64,000 bases of DNA from Azolla caroliniana (GCA_043228905.1 JBHGNT010000005.1:22196001-22260000); one strand, 5' to 3'. Numbered from the stretch's first letter, positions 38,580-52,866 are shown. Notes: generated by a model from the sequence alone, not told the origin. Made by a program: numbers and translations.

Positions 38580-39580
38580 ATTAGTAAGTACACACACTCC
38601 TTATATGCTAAGCTTGGTATGCTTGCCGAGGCGTAATCAGTATTTGATGAGGTTGTGACTAGAGCTGTAGTCACATGGACTGCACTTATTGCTGGATATT
38701 CTGAACAAGGTTTATGTGAACAAGCGCTGTGATATTATGAGCAAATGCTATCAGAACAATTGGATCCAGACAAAGTCATTATAATGTGTGCTTTAAAAAC
38801 ATGTACTAGCATTAGAGATTTAGAACGAGGAAAAGAAATACATCTTCATACTGTCAATGAAAGGATAAAAACTATGTGCTTAATACACTGGTAGATTTGT
38901 ATGCTACATGTGGTTGTTTGGCTGAAGCAATACAACTGCTTGATGAGCTTCCAAAGAGAGATGTGATCTCATGGAATGCATTGGTGACAGGGTACTCACT
39001 ACATGGGTGTGGCAACAATGTTTTAGATTGCTTAGAAAAGATGGAACTGGAGGGTCTGTCTCCCAATGGTATTACTTTCATTTGTATCTGAAAAGCATAT
39101 TGTATTCTAGAATATATGGAACGGGTATAGGAAATAAATATTGGGACTGTAAAACAAGGATTTGAAAAAGATCCTTATGTTGGGAGTAGTCTTGTAGGAA
39201 TGTATGCTAAGAATGGCTGACTTCAAGAAGCAAAGATGCCACGCTTTGGAATGCACTCATTTCTGCATATGCAGATGAAAATCTTCTTATTGAATTGTTT
39301 GGATCTATGAATTAGATGCAACTAGAAAGAATCTCTCCCAATGCAGCTATATATGTGAGGTCTTTGTGGGTTTGTGGAATTGTTGGTTGCCTAAACCTGG
39401 GACAAAAAATACACTTCGAAATTGTAAACAAAGGGATGGAAGAAGACATTTTTGTTGGTAATGGATTAGTAGATATGTATGCAAAATGAAACCTTCTCTT
39501 AGATGCACAGGCAGAGTTCAATAAGTTGCTTGTTCAAGCTGTTGTTTCATAGACTGCACTGACTTCTGCATATCTTGATT
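38580..39580 (+). pseudogene. PLS-class pentatricopeptide repeat (PPR) pseudogene
   Basis: AKLGMLAEA*SVFD..VVTWTALIAGYSEQG..LERGKEIH; NTLVDLYATCGCLAEAIQLLDELPKRDVISWNALVTGYSLHG; VGSSLVGMYAKNG; VGNGLVDMYAK*. In-frame stops and frameshifts, intronless. Confidence 0.9.
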
Positions 39581-42417
39581 TTATACTCCTATATGTATTC
39601 TAGTCTCTCTATATGATTCTATACTGTTGTTTTTCTATTGAATCGAGAAGGTGAAGAAGATGGAGAGAGGGGGGGAGGGAGAGACATCCCTAGATGAAGA
39701 TATAATATGATTTGTATAGAACGGTAGTGTGTAAAACATGTTTTGCTTACGAAAGACTGGTCAATTAGAACAGTAGTTTCGGTTAAACTGAGGTATGTGG
39801 TTGGTGAAACTGAACATAATGTATATGCTATGTATGATTGTGATAATAAAAATCAGTTTACATTGTGCATTAACAACAAACCACTAGCTCAACCCAGTGA
39901 GTATTAGTTATATGGCTGCTCCTATGTGATGTAATTTCTTCTACATTTAAAAGTAATTTCTTCTACATTTAAAAGTGAATGCATATACGTGTAAGCAAAT
40001 AAGATAAGTTCATTATGTGTGCTTGTAATACTAAGACAAGTTCATTATGCCATTGTACCATGTTCATATATATGAGTACAATAATGGGATTTGTAAACAC
40101 ATTTAAACGTTGGTTATAGCCTAAATTGGTGGCTGAGGAGAGTAAATTCATGCAAAAGATAATGCGCCAACACTTTTTTGGCTCTTTGTTTTTCCATTGA
40201 CATTAAAGTATATCAGCATCACATTCAATATTTGGAGTTCATTATTTTGCTAAAGCGTTTTGTTTATGCTTGCTGTTTATTAGATGTAGAGAAACCATTG
40301 ATTTCTCAAGACAAGTGGAATGAGTTTGGACTTCATACAATTCAGTAAAGGCATTGATAGGCAAACGATCGCAGAAAAAGTACACTTGATAATGGCAGTT
40401 GGGCTTTGATAGAGGTTGATGGATTATGATATGAAGGAATTGCTCAGAGAAGCCAATGAATTATGGTGAAGGATAAGCCTCATTGTACACTCTTTATTGA
40501 ATCAGTTGCAGTTAATTTGTAAGCCCAGAGATACTCTATTTTGTTCTTATAAAGGTTTATGATGTTTCTATAGTTTTAGTTCAATGTATCACATGATCTC
40601 TACTCATCTGGTTTATTAAAATGTATATTATAATACCTGTCTAGATGTCTAGTTACATCCCCCCCAAACTTTTCCTAGACCTGGCATAGATAATATTTCG
40701 CTCTTGTTGTTCAGCTCTCATCTTCACTCTACATTTGTAGATTATATAAAATTGAACTTTTGATTGATTATAGACAGCCATAAGTTTAGAATGTTTTAAT
40801 CATTTTGAATGATTGAAGTGCTCCAAGAATTCCACGTTAGATGCGTGTGATCAATGTTAGTTATAATGTAGATGTCATTATAATGCAATTTTGAATGAGG
40901 ATTTCAATTTTATGCTCAAGGTTGGTTTGTTGAATGCAAGTTAGCCTGAAGATTTGGAGAAAGTGATTGAATTTATGTCAAAAAGTTGTCCGACTAGGAG
41001 TGCAAGCCTTTGCTATAGATATGTATACTATGTACTTGATTGATAAATTGAAAAGAGTCATATAATCTATTTCTCTAACCTTTGATTAGAGCAAAACTAT
41101 GAGTTTGAGATGTGTGAAAGAATTTGTAACAAAATCCTTTTGAGATAATGCAAAGTATAATGACCAAATATTGAGAAAACTAATGTGCAATTTCATATAG
41201 ATGAGATCAATTATACACTTTTTGGGTAGTGAGATTGATTTTATCAACACAACTCAAATCGTATAAAAATTGCTGCCTCAAAAACTTTTGAAGGATTCTC
41301 ACTTGCATCATTGAAACCTTGAGATGAACATTCACTTCATCACTTGAAGCTTCAAAACCAATCCATTGCTCCATATAATGATGACTAGTTGCATTCCATT
41401 TTCATTAGCATTGGTTGCATTGATCCATGCTTCAAGTCAAACCAAGGTATATGTGAAAAAGAAAAACAGTATGGTTAGGACAATGTCATTTGAATAGGTA
41501 ATAATTTTACCACCGAGAACAAGAATTTGTGATGCTACACCACAAATGATAGAAATCAACTACTTAGCACGTAAAAGATCACATGAATTGGTGATCGCAA
41601 AGTAGGTATTTATACGAAGTCTAATCACAACATCATAAGTTGGGTAGTGTCTCATTGCCATTACCCCAGATCAATGAAGTTACCCCTTTTTTCTACCCAT
41701 GAAGTATGGGGGTCAAGCTTTATTTATTCTTTGTGTTGTATATGTTTTAGAGTAATGGAGGAAAACATAGAATCTAAATATTAAGTGAAGAAAAATAAAA
41801 AAATAGCTTATATGTGTACTTTTCCATGAGAGATTGGTACTCCCGAGTATGGAAGGGCCAACAATGTAGGAGAGAATTCGATGTGGAAGTATCTTGAAGT
41901 ATTATGGAAACTCAACGCCACATTTGAATCCACCAATAACATGTTTAGTTGGCCTTGCAATCAATCACTTCCATGAACCAATGTAAATTCAAGAAATTCA
42001 AAGTCCTATCGAAAATAATGAAATGAAGACAACCATTTTTTAGTGGGCAATTGAATATCCATGTTGATAGGTCTTTACACATTAATATGAAACATGTCTC
42101 ATATGAACACAAATCAATCCATCACTAGCGAAGGATGTCGAATACCATTTTGTTATATACAAACTACCTTAAATGTGTCAGTGTCGAAGGGACCAATACC
42201 CTCGTATCTAGGATAGCAAACACAATGAGAAGGTGCATGTAGATTTTTCTCATTGTAGAACCCTAGGTAAGTGTGTCAACTACATGAACTTGGGTGCTTC
42301 ACAAGGTGATTGTAAGGACCTTATGGGAGGTGTTGATGCCCATGACACATTTCTTAAGTTTGACATACTAACATGGCATTGGAATTAAGTGTTGAGAGAG
42401 AGAGAGAGAGAGCCGAG

Positions 42418-42489
42418 GTGGATGTAGCTCAGTTGGTAAGGTTGCCCAATGGAGACCAGGTGGTCATGGGTTCAACCCCTACATTCCAC
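42418..42489 (+). other. tRNA-derived sequence (degenerate tRNA pseudogene or SINE head)
   Basis: Box A TAGCTCAGTTGG (42425), Box B GGTTCAACCC (42469), near-pairing ends GTGGATGT/ACATTCCAC, 72 nt. The D and anticodon arms do not fold canonically. Confidence 0.6.
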
Positions 42490-42756
42490 AATGGCATCTA
42501 GTGAAATAGAGATATATATGAAGTATATAATAGAGAGGTGAGGAAATTGGGTTTCGAACCCAGGACACAGTGCTTGTAGTAAGCTAATTACGATAAGAGA
42601 GAGAGAGAGAGAGAGAGAATAATAATCGATCAATGTGCACCGAATGCGGTGCACATGAACCACAATACAAGAACACAAAGACAAGCATGCTTATCTGTGT
42701 GATAGTGTACACCCTAGGTTCATAAGAAAACAAAAAACACAAGTATTACTTCAAAG

Positions 42757-45017
42757 TCTAGGCATGTCCAAGATTTGGAACATTAAATAAAAATAGATGT
42801 TACATATCTTTATTGATGTACTTTTAACTCATTAAATCATGAGGATTAGTGTCCTTTTGGTCATATAAAGGCAATGGAAGCATAAAAATGTCAATCGGTT
42901 CAAGGCTCAAGCATTTTTTAACTTACATACTAATTAACATACTCCTTGTCAATTATGAGTTTTCACTCGCTTAGATCTAGATGGGAAACAATCATTTGAA
43001 ATGAGGATATTAGGTAGGGTGCAAGTCTCCTAACTAATGTAGAAGATGGTAGGTAGTACGTTGGTAATATCTTCAAATGGACCACAAGAAAATGTTGTTG
43101 ACAAAATACTTGGAGGACAATAAGATTCTAAATTCATGGTATCTTTAGAAACTTTATGATGTATGGAAACTTAACTAGAAATATGCATAAAAAATGGTAT
43201 AAGAAAAGACATTAACGAAAATTGTAACACATGTTTGTGAAGTGATTGGAGGGTGTCTTTGCTGAATGTGGGTTGTGTGAGGCTCATGTTGATGGGCGTC
43301 TATCGAGTAATTCTGTGATGATGCTTTGTTGCTTCATTTATACATGATGTTTTCTTGTAGCCATTGCAAAGTGGCTTGTAACATATGAATTGTATATTAT
43401 TCTATGTACTTTTTCTTAACTAATGGAAGTAGAATGTTTTTGGGGGGAAAAAAACACATGTTTGAGATGTCTACTACATATACAATGGGAATGGAGATGT
43501 TATAGATAAACTTTAGAGACTAATGAAGGTGGCACCGAACGAAATTCCTCAACATAATGAACATATTGATGTAGGCTAGAAGTATGTTAACATGTCCTCC
43601 TTCTCAAGCAATAAATTGATGAAACACTAACCATGGGCAAGTTAAAGTTCAAGAGGTTCACGAATTATGCTTGGTATGTAGCGCTTTGATTTTTCAATGT
43701 GGGAAGGTGTAGTTAACCTTGTGGACTCAAGGTATGAGCTAGACATTGTTAGCCATGGTGATGATGAGCCAATGTCTCTACCCAATAGATTGTGCCCTCA
43801 TTTTGGGAGGATGAGTAAGCTTCTACATGTTTCTGTTCATTTTATTATTATTATTAGGGAAAAATACCAGGATACCCCTGGAAGTTCCAAATTTACCAAA
43901 CTACCCCTGTGTCCAAAAAATTACACTTTATAAAGTAATTATACACTCAAATCTACAAGCCCTATTTACCAAAGATGGAAGAAATGGACCTGAACTAGCC
44001 CTATTTACCAAATATTTGAGTGTATAATTACTTTATAAAGTGTAATTTTTTGGACATAGGGGTAGTTTGGTAAATTTGGAACTTCCAGGGGCATTCTGGT
44101 AAATAGACGAACTTCCAGGGGTATTTTGGTACTTTTCCCTTATTATTATTATTATGACGATGATTATTAGTACTAGTAGTAGTAGTTTATTATTATGTTA
44201 GGATAGTGTGGTCCAAACAGCATGTTCCCTTTACACTATTGCCTCTAAATTTCTCTCTCTCATACAACTTTATATGTCTATTTAATGCAAGTTTTTTATT
44301 TACTCTTTGTATTGAAACAACTCATCATATCTGAAGATTAAGTTACCAATTCAATGGTGCTTGTAAAATGTAAAATGTAATTGTCATGTTACCCTAGGAG
44401 CATATTCAATGAACACAATCACTCAAATGTTAGTGTTGTGGACTCACCTCCTTAGGGTCTCTATATCTTCACCTTTTTCAAATGTCTCATTCATTCCCTT
44501 CACTTTTGGTATCCCGATAAAAATCAAGGTAATAACACAATGGGCTTATACTCGTAAGCAAGTCAAGATGGTACATTTTCTTACTCATGTTTTAACGATT
44601 AAATCTTCCACTACTATAAAAAGAGCAACTAGCTACAATTATAATTTGAAATAAGGAGCTAATATCCATTGTCATTTCTAAGTTCAAATCTCACTTGTGT
44701 GAGTGGATGCTTACGTTCAAAAGATGGAGGGGTGGGTCATAAAGATGTTAAATTTCCTTTCTGTTCTTTGCTTGAAGTTGGTCAACAATAGCTTATAAAT
44801 TCTAAAGAAGCATTTATTAGAAAATAGATACTATATTTGTGGTTATGAAGTGATCGTGACAAGCTTTGGATGATGTTTATTCGTTGTCATTTTGAGCCCA
44901 TGAGTTTTCAGATTTATGGTTTAGTTATGAAAGCAAAGTTTCTGGCTAACAAATAACGAGAATACATGTTCAAACAACAAACTTTAGACAAAGAAAACTT
45001 GATTTTTATGTTGTGGT
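42757..45017 (+). repeat. Copy B of the local duplication, longer, containing a MITE
   Basis: Aligns to 35924-37463 with extra segments, including 43857-44139. Confidence 0.9.
43857..44139. mobile_element. Mutator-like MITE (long TIRs, 9-bp TSD)
   Basis: GGGAAAA.TACCA.....CCCTGGAAGTT ends with ~95-bp inverted arms (..CTACCCCT.TGTCCAAAAAATTACACTTTATAAAGTAATTATACACTCAAAT); TTATTATTA on both flanks; absent from paralogous copy A near 36615. Confidence 0.9.
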
Positions 45018-45339
45018 CTATGGAAGGTTATCACAACTCATTTATGTATGTAGAAATCTTCTTATACAAATCACAATCTCTTTATAGACATAAGAATGTT
45101 CTTTGTTCACACCCACTCAAAGAAACTCATTAATTATAGATATAAACCTTTTCAGCTACTACTATTTAATAACTCGTTTATAACTTGACTATGGATATCA
45201 CTTGGGGCACACATCTAACCATCCGTCAAGGTGTCCTTCCATCTTACTATTTTTAATGTTTTTTGATGGAACAAAAACCCCACAAGAAGAATGGCCCCAA
45301 GTCAAACAAATGTTTTGTAAGTGTGAGCATGAGCACAAG

Positions 45340-45444
45340 CGTGGGCATGGGCGTGGGCGTGGGCGTGGGCGTGGGCGTGGGCGTGGGCGTGGGCGTGGGC
45401 GTGGGCGTGGGCATGGGCGTGGGCGTGGGCATGGGTGTGGGCAT
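45340..45444. repeat. (GGGCGT)n / GGGCAT hexamer array
   Basis: About 17 G3-containing units read directly. Confidence 0.95.
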
Positions 45445-46006
45445 GAATGTGAGTGGCAATTAGTTTGTGCAAGCCACACTATTTTGAGTTGAGAGGAATT
45501 GTAAGTATCACAAAACTAATAGACTTTAAGGCAAAGCGAAATGATTGTTAATAGCTTACCTATATACTTTCATTCATGGGAGCACAACACAAATTGATAA
45601 GAACTTCGCCAGTTAATATATATATATGTTTCCATGCAGATATGTTCCCTTTATAAACATTTCCAAACTAGCAAAGCCCAAAAAGTAAAATGTCGTTCTA
45701 GTGAATAAAGGCACCGTTTTCCATAACTCTTAGCCATATAATCAATAGGTTTCCATATCTTTATTATCATTGTTGTAAAAAAAAATGTTGCATCAAATAG
45801 CTCATTAATCATGCACCATTGTCTCACCTACTACAACTTAATATCTTATTGATGGCTCGAGGGGGGGGGGGGGGGTTGACTTGGCATCGTGTACACTGTA
45901 AACCCCAAGCAAGGCCCCATCATGCAATCTGGAATGCTTTTAGTTGAAGAAAGATTCCAAAGCCAAATGAATTTCTTCTTTATGTGTGAATGAGAGAGAG
46001 AGAGAG

Positions 46007-46038
<32 letters not shown>

Positions 46039-49000
46039 CACGCCCCCCACGGATGAAAGAGAGGGCATACTTCATATTAGTGTGGTAAAGTTTGCAATAT
46101 GGAGAATACTTTTCATGATGGTCTTAACATGTACGACCTTGACGCCTTAACGCATACTTGTGAACTATGCGAAATACCTACTAGCGCATACTAGCAAAGT
46201 GTATTCTATTATTCGTAAAACAAATGCCATCGAATCTATTCAACCAATGTAAGATGCATTCTTAAACTTTGCTAAAGTACAATCATTAAAGTATCCAACC
46301 CATATTTTGTCTTTTTAATTACCAATAGTAATTGAGCTTTATTTGGCTCATAGCTAATAACGAAACATGCCAGAGGTATGAGCAATGCATGAATTAAGAG
46401 AAAGTAAGAAAATATATGTAGATATGTACACAAACACATATTGTTGAAAATAAAATAAAAGATAAACATAAAAAAATGATTCTCCAAGCTTGTGTTCTAC
46501 AACTCAAGGATCGTCGCGGGTTCAAGTGCCTCAAACTTGGCCTCCTAAAAATGTATTTACTTGATATAAAATGTATATGACACTTTCTGTCAGATGTAGA
46601 TCATCTTCCTCTATCCATGCTATTTACAGAAAAAACAACCACTCAACAACTCAAATCATTGTTTCATTATCTTGTTGGGGGGCTCACCAATCCAAAAGGA
46701 ATAGTATGCATTTGAACATAAGCTTATCTTTCCAAGAAAATAAATGTTCATTTATGTTATATGATATAGTTTTAACCAACCTGATTTACTGATTTTTTGC
46801 AAATAGAAACAATATTGGTCATATGTACATACATTAATGCACTCTCTAGCCCCGATTCCCGAAGGATTACAATACTTTCTCCAATTTATGTAAGACCATT
46901 GCACTTTTTGAATGCATAAATCCCCCCTTCAACAATTTAATGTTAGGCCATTTTGATCTTTCTGAATATGAACGCATTTTTACACGATGGCAATCTCATT
47001 TATGTAAATTGAATTCACTATATAGTACAATTCATAAACCAGGGCGCAAAGTAACTTAAAGTTATGTCTAGTATGTTGTTGCTTAAACATGGGAGTAAAA
47101 CTTTGTGTCTCATTTCATAAGCCTTTTGATTCTAATGGATTGTGATGGTAACATTGTGCCAAAAATTGTGTTTATAAAAACATAAGTAAATGGCATGATG
47201 ATACTGTTTTGTATGCATTTACGCATAATAATAACTTTCATGGATTTAACCGACTTCATAAAGATGGTGATGCTCGTTGTCAAGGAGTGTGATGTGCAAA
47301 AAGATAAGGAAAAAGGGCCAGCCAAGATAACATGCAATTAATGGCTCTCGTCTTTGTCCCATCATATTTCTATGTTGGTCTCTATCCCTAAGATTGGGAA
47401 CCGTAGCAATGTATATGTAGGTGTCCAACATTTCGTTATATGCAAATGGTTCATGAATGAGGGCCCAATTCATGAATCTACCTTGCAAAAGAGATCATTT
47501 TCTATGAGAAACAAAGTTTGACATTGTATTTCATACACTCAAGACAAAATATCCACACAAGAATCAGTTATGTGGGTCTCATGTATTATTTAATTATCGC
47601 CATCAATTGACAATGATAGAGAGATTATATAGGATAGTGTTTCCATATGTTTTCCTTAAAATAAATACAAACTTGCCCTTGACCTACATATGTGATATGT
47701 GATAGTAATAACTAGAAAATGTTATATGTTCTTTTTAAAACAAATATGGGATCGCCATATATCGTAATAGCAATAGCAGAACAATATTATCACAAGTGTT
47801 GTATATTTAAGAGGAACATTTTATATTGAAATACATAGCAAGCAAGCCAACAAGTATTTTACATCAACCATTACAGGATGGGAAGTTCCTTGGTTTGAGA
47901 AGTTTTGAAACCTTCTCATGGTTAGGGTTGAGTATTGAAGACATTTGCCTCTGATTGATTTTGAAGGATGGAGAGGTAATCACGCTTTTTTATAAACTTC
48001 AAAGCCCAATCTTCACCTCCCCTAACCCATCGAAGACAATGTCGATGTGAAAGTTTTTCATTTGGAAACATGTATGGGTGGTATGATGCTATGAAACTAG
48101 TAATAAAACACCCAAACTGATTTCTTGAGTGGTGGGGATGTTCTCTAAATATTCAATTGAAGTAGTGTCAATGTTTGGAATTATCTAAAAGAGAGAGACT
48201 AATGATTGAGAAATGGAAATCATGTCTGCTACTATGGACCACGAAACAAGTTTACAATAAAGTTATGCCCAAGATAATAACAAAAAAACTTTGTTATTGT
48301 ATATTTCCACAACAACGGGAAAACTTTATCCTCTAGTCATTATAATTTCTATATGGGTATTTGAACATTTTTAAATCACCCTAATAAGTTGCCGAATTGA
48401 TGTTGTTACCAAGTTTCCTTTGTGGATCACATGCTTCTTAATGCCCTTAAAGCTTTGTGCCTCATATAAAACCGCAACCTTAATCCGTTTTAAATTGGTG
48501 ATTTTAATAACCTAATATTAATCAATGTGTATTAACATAGTGGACATGTTAAATCAAACTCTCCATTTGAGGTGAGGTTCAAGTGCATTGAATACTACAC
48601 TTAGGAGGGGTGTGAGTCGTGACTCTATGTGGAGGGCCCTAGGAGCTCACCCATCGCGGTATTGTCTCTATCTTTGTCGCTTATTGTAATGTCAATCTCA
48701 ATTTGGTTTAGCATTCCATACCCCATAACCTTAAAAGGTTGATAGTGCCTCCAATCCAACAAACTTTGCAACTTGCAACACTGAGGGGTGTCTAACACAA
48801 CCAAGTATATAAAGCCATTGTGTGTAGACTAAACCATCACAATGTGAGCAAAGAAAAATTTGAGAGGAATGAACATACATGATAATACCCAAACCAATTA
48901 TAAATATATCCATAAATCCTTTGCCTTTTGCCCATATTTTACCTCATGTTAGTGGAATTATGTGTGGTTATATGGCTTACTCCTACATAATTCTATGAGT

Positions 49001-52000
49001 GCAGCATATTAGATTCACTACAAGTTTGAAAAGTACACGCTTGCAATTGAAAATATTTTGCTTCATCCAAGTGGCACAATTCGGAAACGATATATTTTCA
49101 CAAAAAAAGTGGAAATTGAAAAGTATATGACCAAAGTTGGCACATACTAGAGTTCAAAATGAATTTGCTTCATTTGCTTAGCGTGACCTTCAAGCTTGTG
49201 AAATGAATCATGTTTATATTGAAATATTATAACAACTACACAAACTAAATATATCTCCATACATTTAAACATTTAATAAAGGTCCATGTTATAGAATGAT
49301 TTACGATCAAGAGAGGGAAGAAGAGAAAGCTCCTCATGTCAAATACATAGTAACAAAATATGCTCGTTCATGTATCTTTGTCTCTCTCCATTTCTGTTTT
49401 TTATAACCCATTGTGTTAATATTGTTCATCCAAAGAGAATGGTTTGTTATGGTGAAGAGCCATTGTTGTAATTCACAATGCGGATATTAGAAACATTGTG
49501 AGTTGCAAAGTTTGTTAGAAATATTGTAAGTTCATTTTTCGTTTTCAATTTCTTCATGTATACGAACATGGATGCATGCATCTTATATAAGACTTCAAAA
49601 ATGCTCGAAAGACCTAAACACAACATGTTGTGTGATATAAGTACAATGCGTAAGCAATATAATTGTACATTATAAAAGATGGACTTACTCCCCAGTAAGT
49701 CCAACACACATGTATTGTATTAAAGCAATGACCGATGCGTTATGCCGCATTGTGACATGTTCTAGTGTAGAAACATGCATAGTTTCTACAAACGTCGTAA
49801 TGCAATGGTGTAGAAACATGTCACATTAAGACCCATATATTTGTCACACTACAACACCTCTTTTACAACAAAAAAAAAACATGTCATTAGCGACATATAG
49901 AATATGTTTCTAGAAGTTTATAACACAATATGACCTTAAGTTTCCAATGTTTAGATATATAAACAATGGTGTTGCCATAACCGGTTGTGTTTTCCCAAAC
50001 ATTTAGCTTGCCATTAAAAGGCAATGTCGACAAACTCAATTTACCACAATATTTCGATATTTTTATGGGCATAACCTTTGGGACCATTCTAAAAGCTAAA
50101 CTTAAATTGTTTAAAAGCAAGATAAGTGGGAATTTGGTTATGCTATGAGTTGAGATACCCAAAATGACTCATGAAATGTGGGAATACGTGGTGATATGGG
50201 TGCCGAAAGAGTTTAGCTATGAATATGGAACTAGTTATATCGTTCATCAACGTTCCGCTCTATTAATGAGTCAAAGCTCTAATTAGAAGGATCCATATTC
50301 TCAACAACTTTCAACATATAACATAAAGTCATATTCATTGGTATGGGATGACAATGGAGTTTTATGTTCAATTATTTTCCTTCACCCGAGGTTGGTTGGT
50401 GTGGTTAACCAACCTTAAACCATTATTTTCCTTGATCTTCTCATTTATTATGTACCAATAGAGGTGCACATTATAATCATACTATCACCATGTGCGATAC
50501 CGTGATAACAAACTCTAATTACAATCGTATATTCACATAACCATCATAATAACATATGGAATGGAGATTGATATGACCATGCCCCGTCATCAAATACGGT
50601 ATTGCATGACAAGGCCATAATTAAATAACAAGAAGACAAATCATAATGTGATCAATGGCCTCTTACTTGCAAAGCACATTTGTACAAGGTTGGATGATGT
50701 TGACAAGTCATTAAACGTGAAAACATTGCCATTTTTATGGATTCAAACATTTCAGTCATAACTTAGCTTCATAAAAGTCTTGAAATTGGGGATGAAAGGA
50801 GTTGTAAAGCTAGTAGTCTTCAACCTTAAGTTTGTCGATGGGTTAAATCTTGCTCAATACAATGCTCGTTAATTAATCACACTAATACTTTTTTGTCTCA
50901 AATCATGCAACTATTATTTTTGTTGCTAAAAATATGGATTTATAAACCATCCTAAATTGTAACATATTAAGTAGGATACATTGTTGTCTCTAAAAAAAAT
51001 TCTAAATTAATCCTCCTATTAGCCGCTAACAAATTAAAGTAAGTAACATGGTGCGTATGCTAACAAGCTAACTTTATTCCTAATTACATGTAGGTAAATG
51101 TTGATAGAGCCCTATTAAATACGAGGGTGTGTTTGGAACATGGTGAATAAGCTTTGTGTTTTTCTTTAAGGCACACCTAAAAAAGTTGTTAGGAGCCAGT
51201 AATCTTTGTGTAGCAAATAAAGGATTAATTGAAGTCCAATGCAAAGAAGGTAGACAAGGGCAACACAACAAAGTGCAAAAACGGAATTACAAACATCTCT
51301 TCATTATGACCCAAGCATTTCAAGATTGGTAATGAACATAGCTTTGAAGTGCAAGCAAGAAAAACATATTATCGTGGATCCCACGCGGAGGGAATGAGGG
51401 AGGTGGAAAACCATGTCTTGCATACAAGTAAATAGGTAAACCAAAGGGCACATGTACCTTACAGTATAGAAACATAATAGAGAAACAATACCTCGACGTT
51501 AAATAAGGAACATGGAGTTGGCATAATAAAACAACCAACTTGCATCAAGCTTTAAAGGGAAATCCATGAAAATATGAATATACTGTATTTTAGGTAAAGG
51601 TGGTTTGTTTATCGAAAAAGTTGAGGAGAAATGATTCAATTGGGGAGTGTAGCATGTTGTCCAGCTCTTAACCAGCTTCAAAGTTGAGGGGTCCATGCGA
51701 ATATACCACGAAATGCTATGTAGAGGGAAGAGACATGGAGGAAGTGGTGAGGAGCGAGAGAGGGTGCACATGGATGTCCACGTTCTTTTTTTTAACTTGG
51801 CGACTTAAACAAAACAATCTAAGCAAAATTAATGCATATCCATAGATTCCACAAACACTAGAGGGTTGGCATGTTCTCCCATACGGGGTCACATGTTCTC
51901 CTTTAGACGAGCTCTAGTTGGCATCATTTTGTAAGACAATTAACTCATATTACTTTAGCTAGTTAAGGATCATTAACCTACGAGAGAGATATTGGTAGAA

Positions 52001-52461
52001 AGAGACAGATAGGTAGAGAAAGGCAGAAAGAGATGGAGGGTGAAATGGGTCAAAGTTCTATGTCAACCTCTTCAAAATGGCCTAAGGCAACATTATCGTC
52101 AAATCAACAGGTGTACCCAAGGTTGGTAACCAATTGCTATAATATATATCATTTGTCCATGAAATTTGGGAAACGAGTCGTTGGGGAAAAGAAAACGCAT
52201 AATAATTTCCCATAAAGTCGAAACTTCTGGCCGATGAGATTAAAACCGCAGATAACGAACAAAAGGGTAGCGAGAGATCCTTTCGGATGTGTGTGTGTGT
52301 GTTGGTGAAAAGGAAGAAATAGGTTTACCTATATGCAAGCAGATGAAAAAGAAGAAGAAAAACGTACCTATGCGGATAATGGGGGAGGGGGGGAGATTCT
52401 CGAGAGGGGGGAGTTATGTCGGGGGATTCGGTAGGTGTACACCTTACCAAGTAGAGAGAGA

Positions 52462-52507
<46 letters not shown>

Positions 52508-52550
52508 TGATGATGATGAATGAGCGAGCGAGAGAGTGAATGAACTGATT

Positions 52551-52866
52551 GAAACGCAAAAGCAAAAAGCAAAAAGCAAAAACAAAAAGCAAACGCAAGA
52601 CCCAAAATGCAAATCGCAAACCGCAAACTCCAGACTCCAAACCCCAAACGGAAAACGCAATCCGCAATCCGCAAACCGACAACGGCAGAACATAGAACGC
52701 AAAAAGCAAAACGCGAAAGCAAAAAGCAAAAACAAAAAGCAAACGCAAGACCCAAAATGCAAATCGCAAATCGCAAACTGCAAACACCCCAAACGGAAAC
52801 CGCAAACCGCAAACAGCGAAACGCAAAAGCAAAAAGCAAAAAGCGAACGCGAGACCCAAACGCAAA
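52551..52866. repeat. GCAAA/CGCAAA-based compound tandem repeat with a higher-order duplication, between (GA)n tracts
   Basis: GCAAAAAGCAAAAACAAAAAGCAAACGCAAGACCCAAAATGCAAATCGCAAA occurs at ~52569 and ~52719. Confidence 0.85.

Noticed and set aside
42418-42489. Functional tRNA gene
   Set aside because: The D-stem and anticodon stem do not pair canonically and the acceptor stem has a bulge; kept only as tRNA-derived.
45198-45492. Poly-GR / poly-PR / poly-PT / poly-GV ORFs
   Set aside because: Products of the (GGGCGT)n array with no splice or gene context.
46000-51900. Short ORFs in AT-rich intergenic DNA
   Set aside because: No recognisable motifs, consistent exon chain or terminal repeats; probably old TE debris that cannot be classified by eye.
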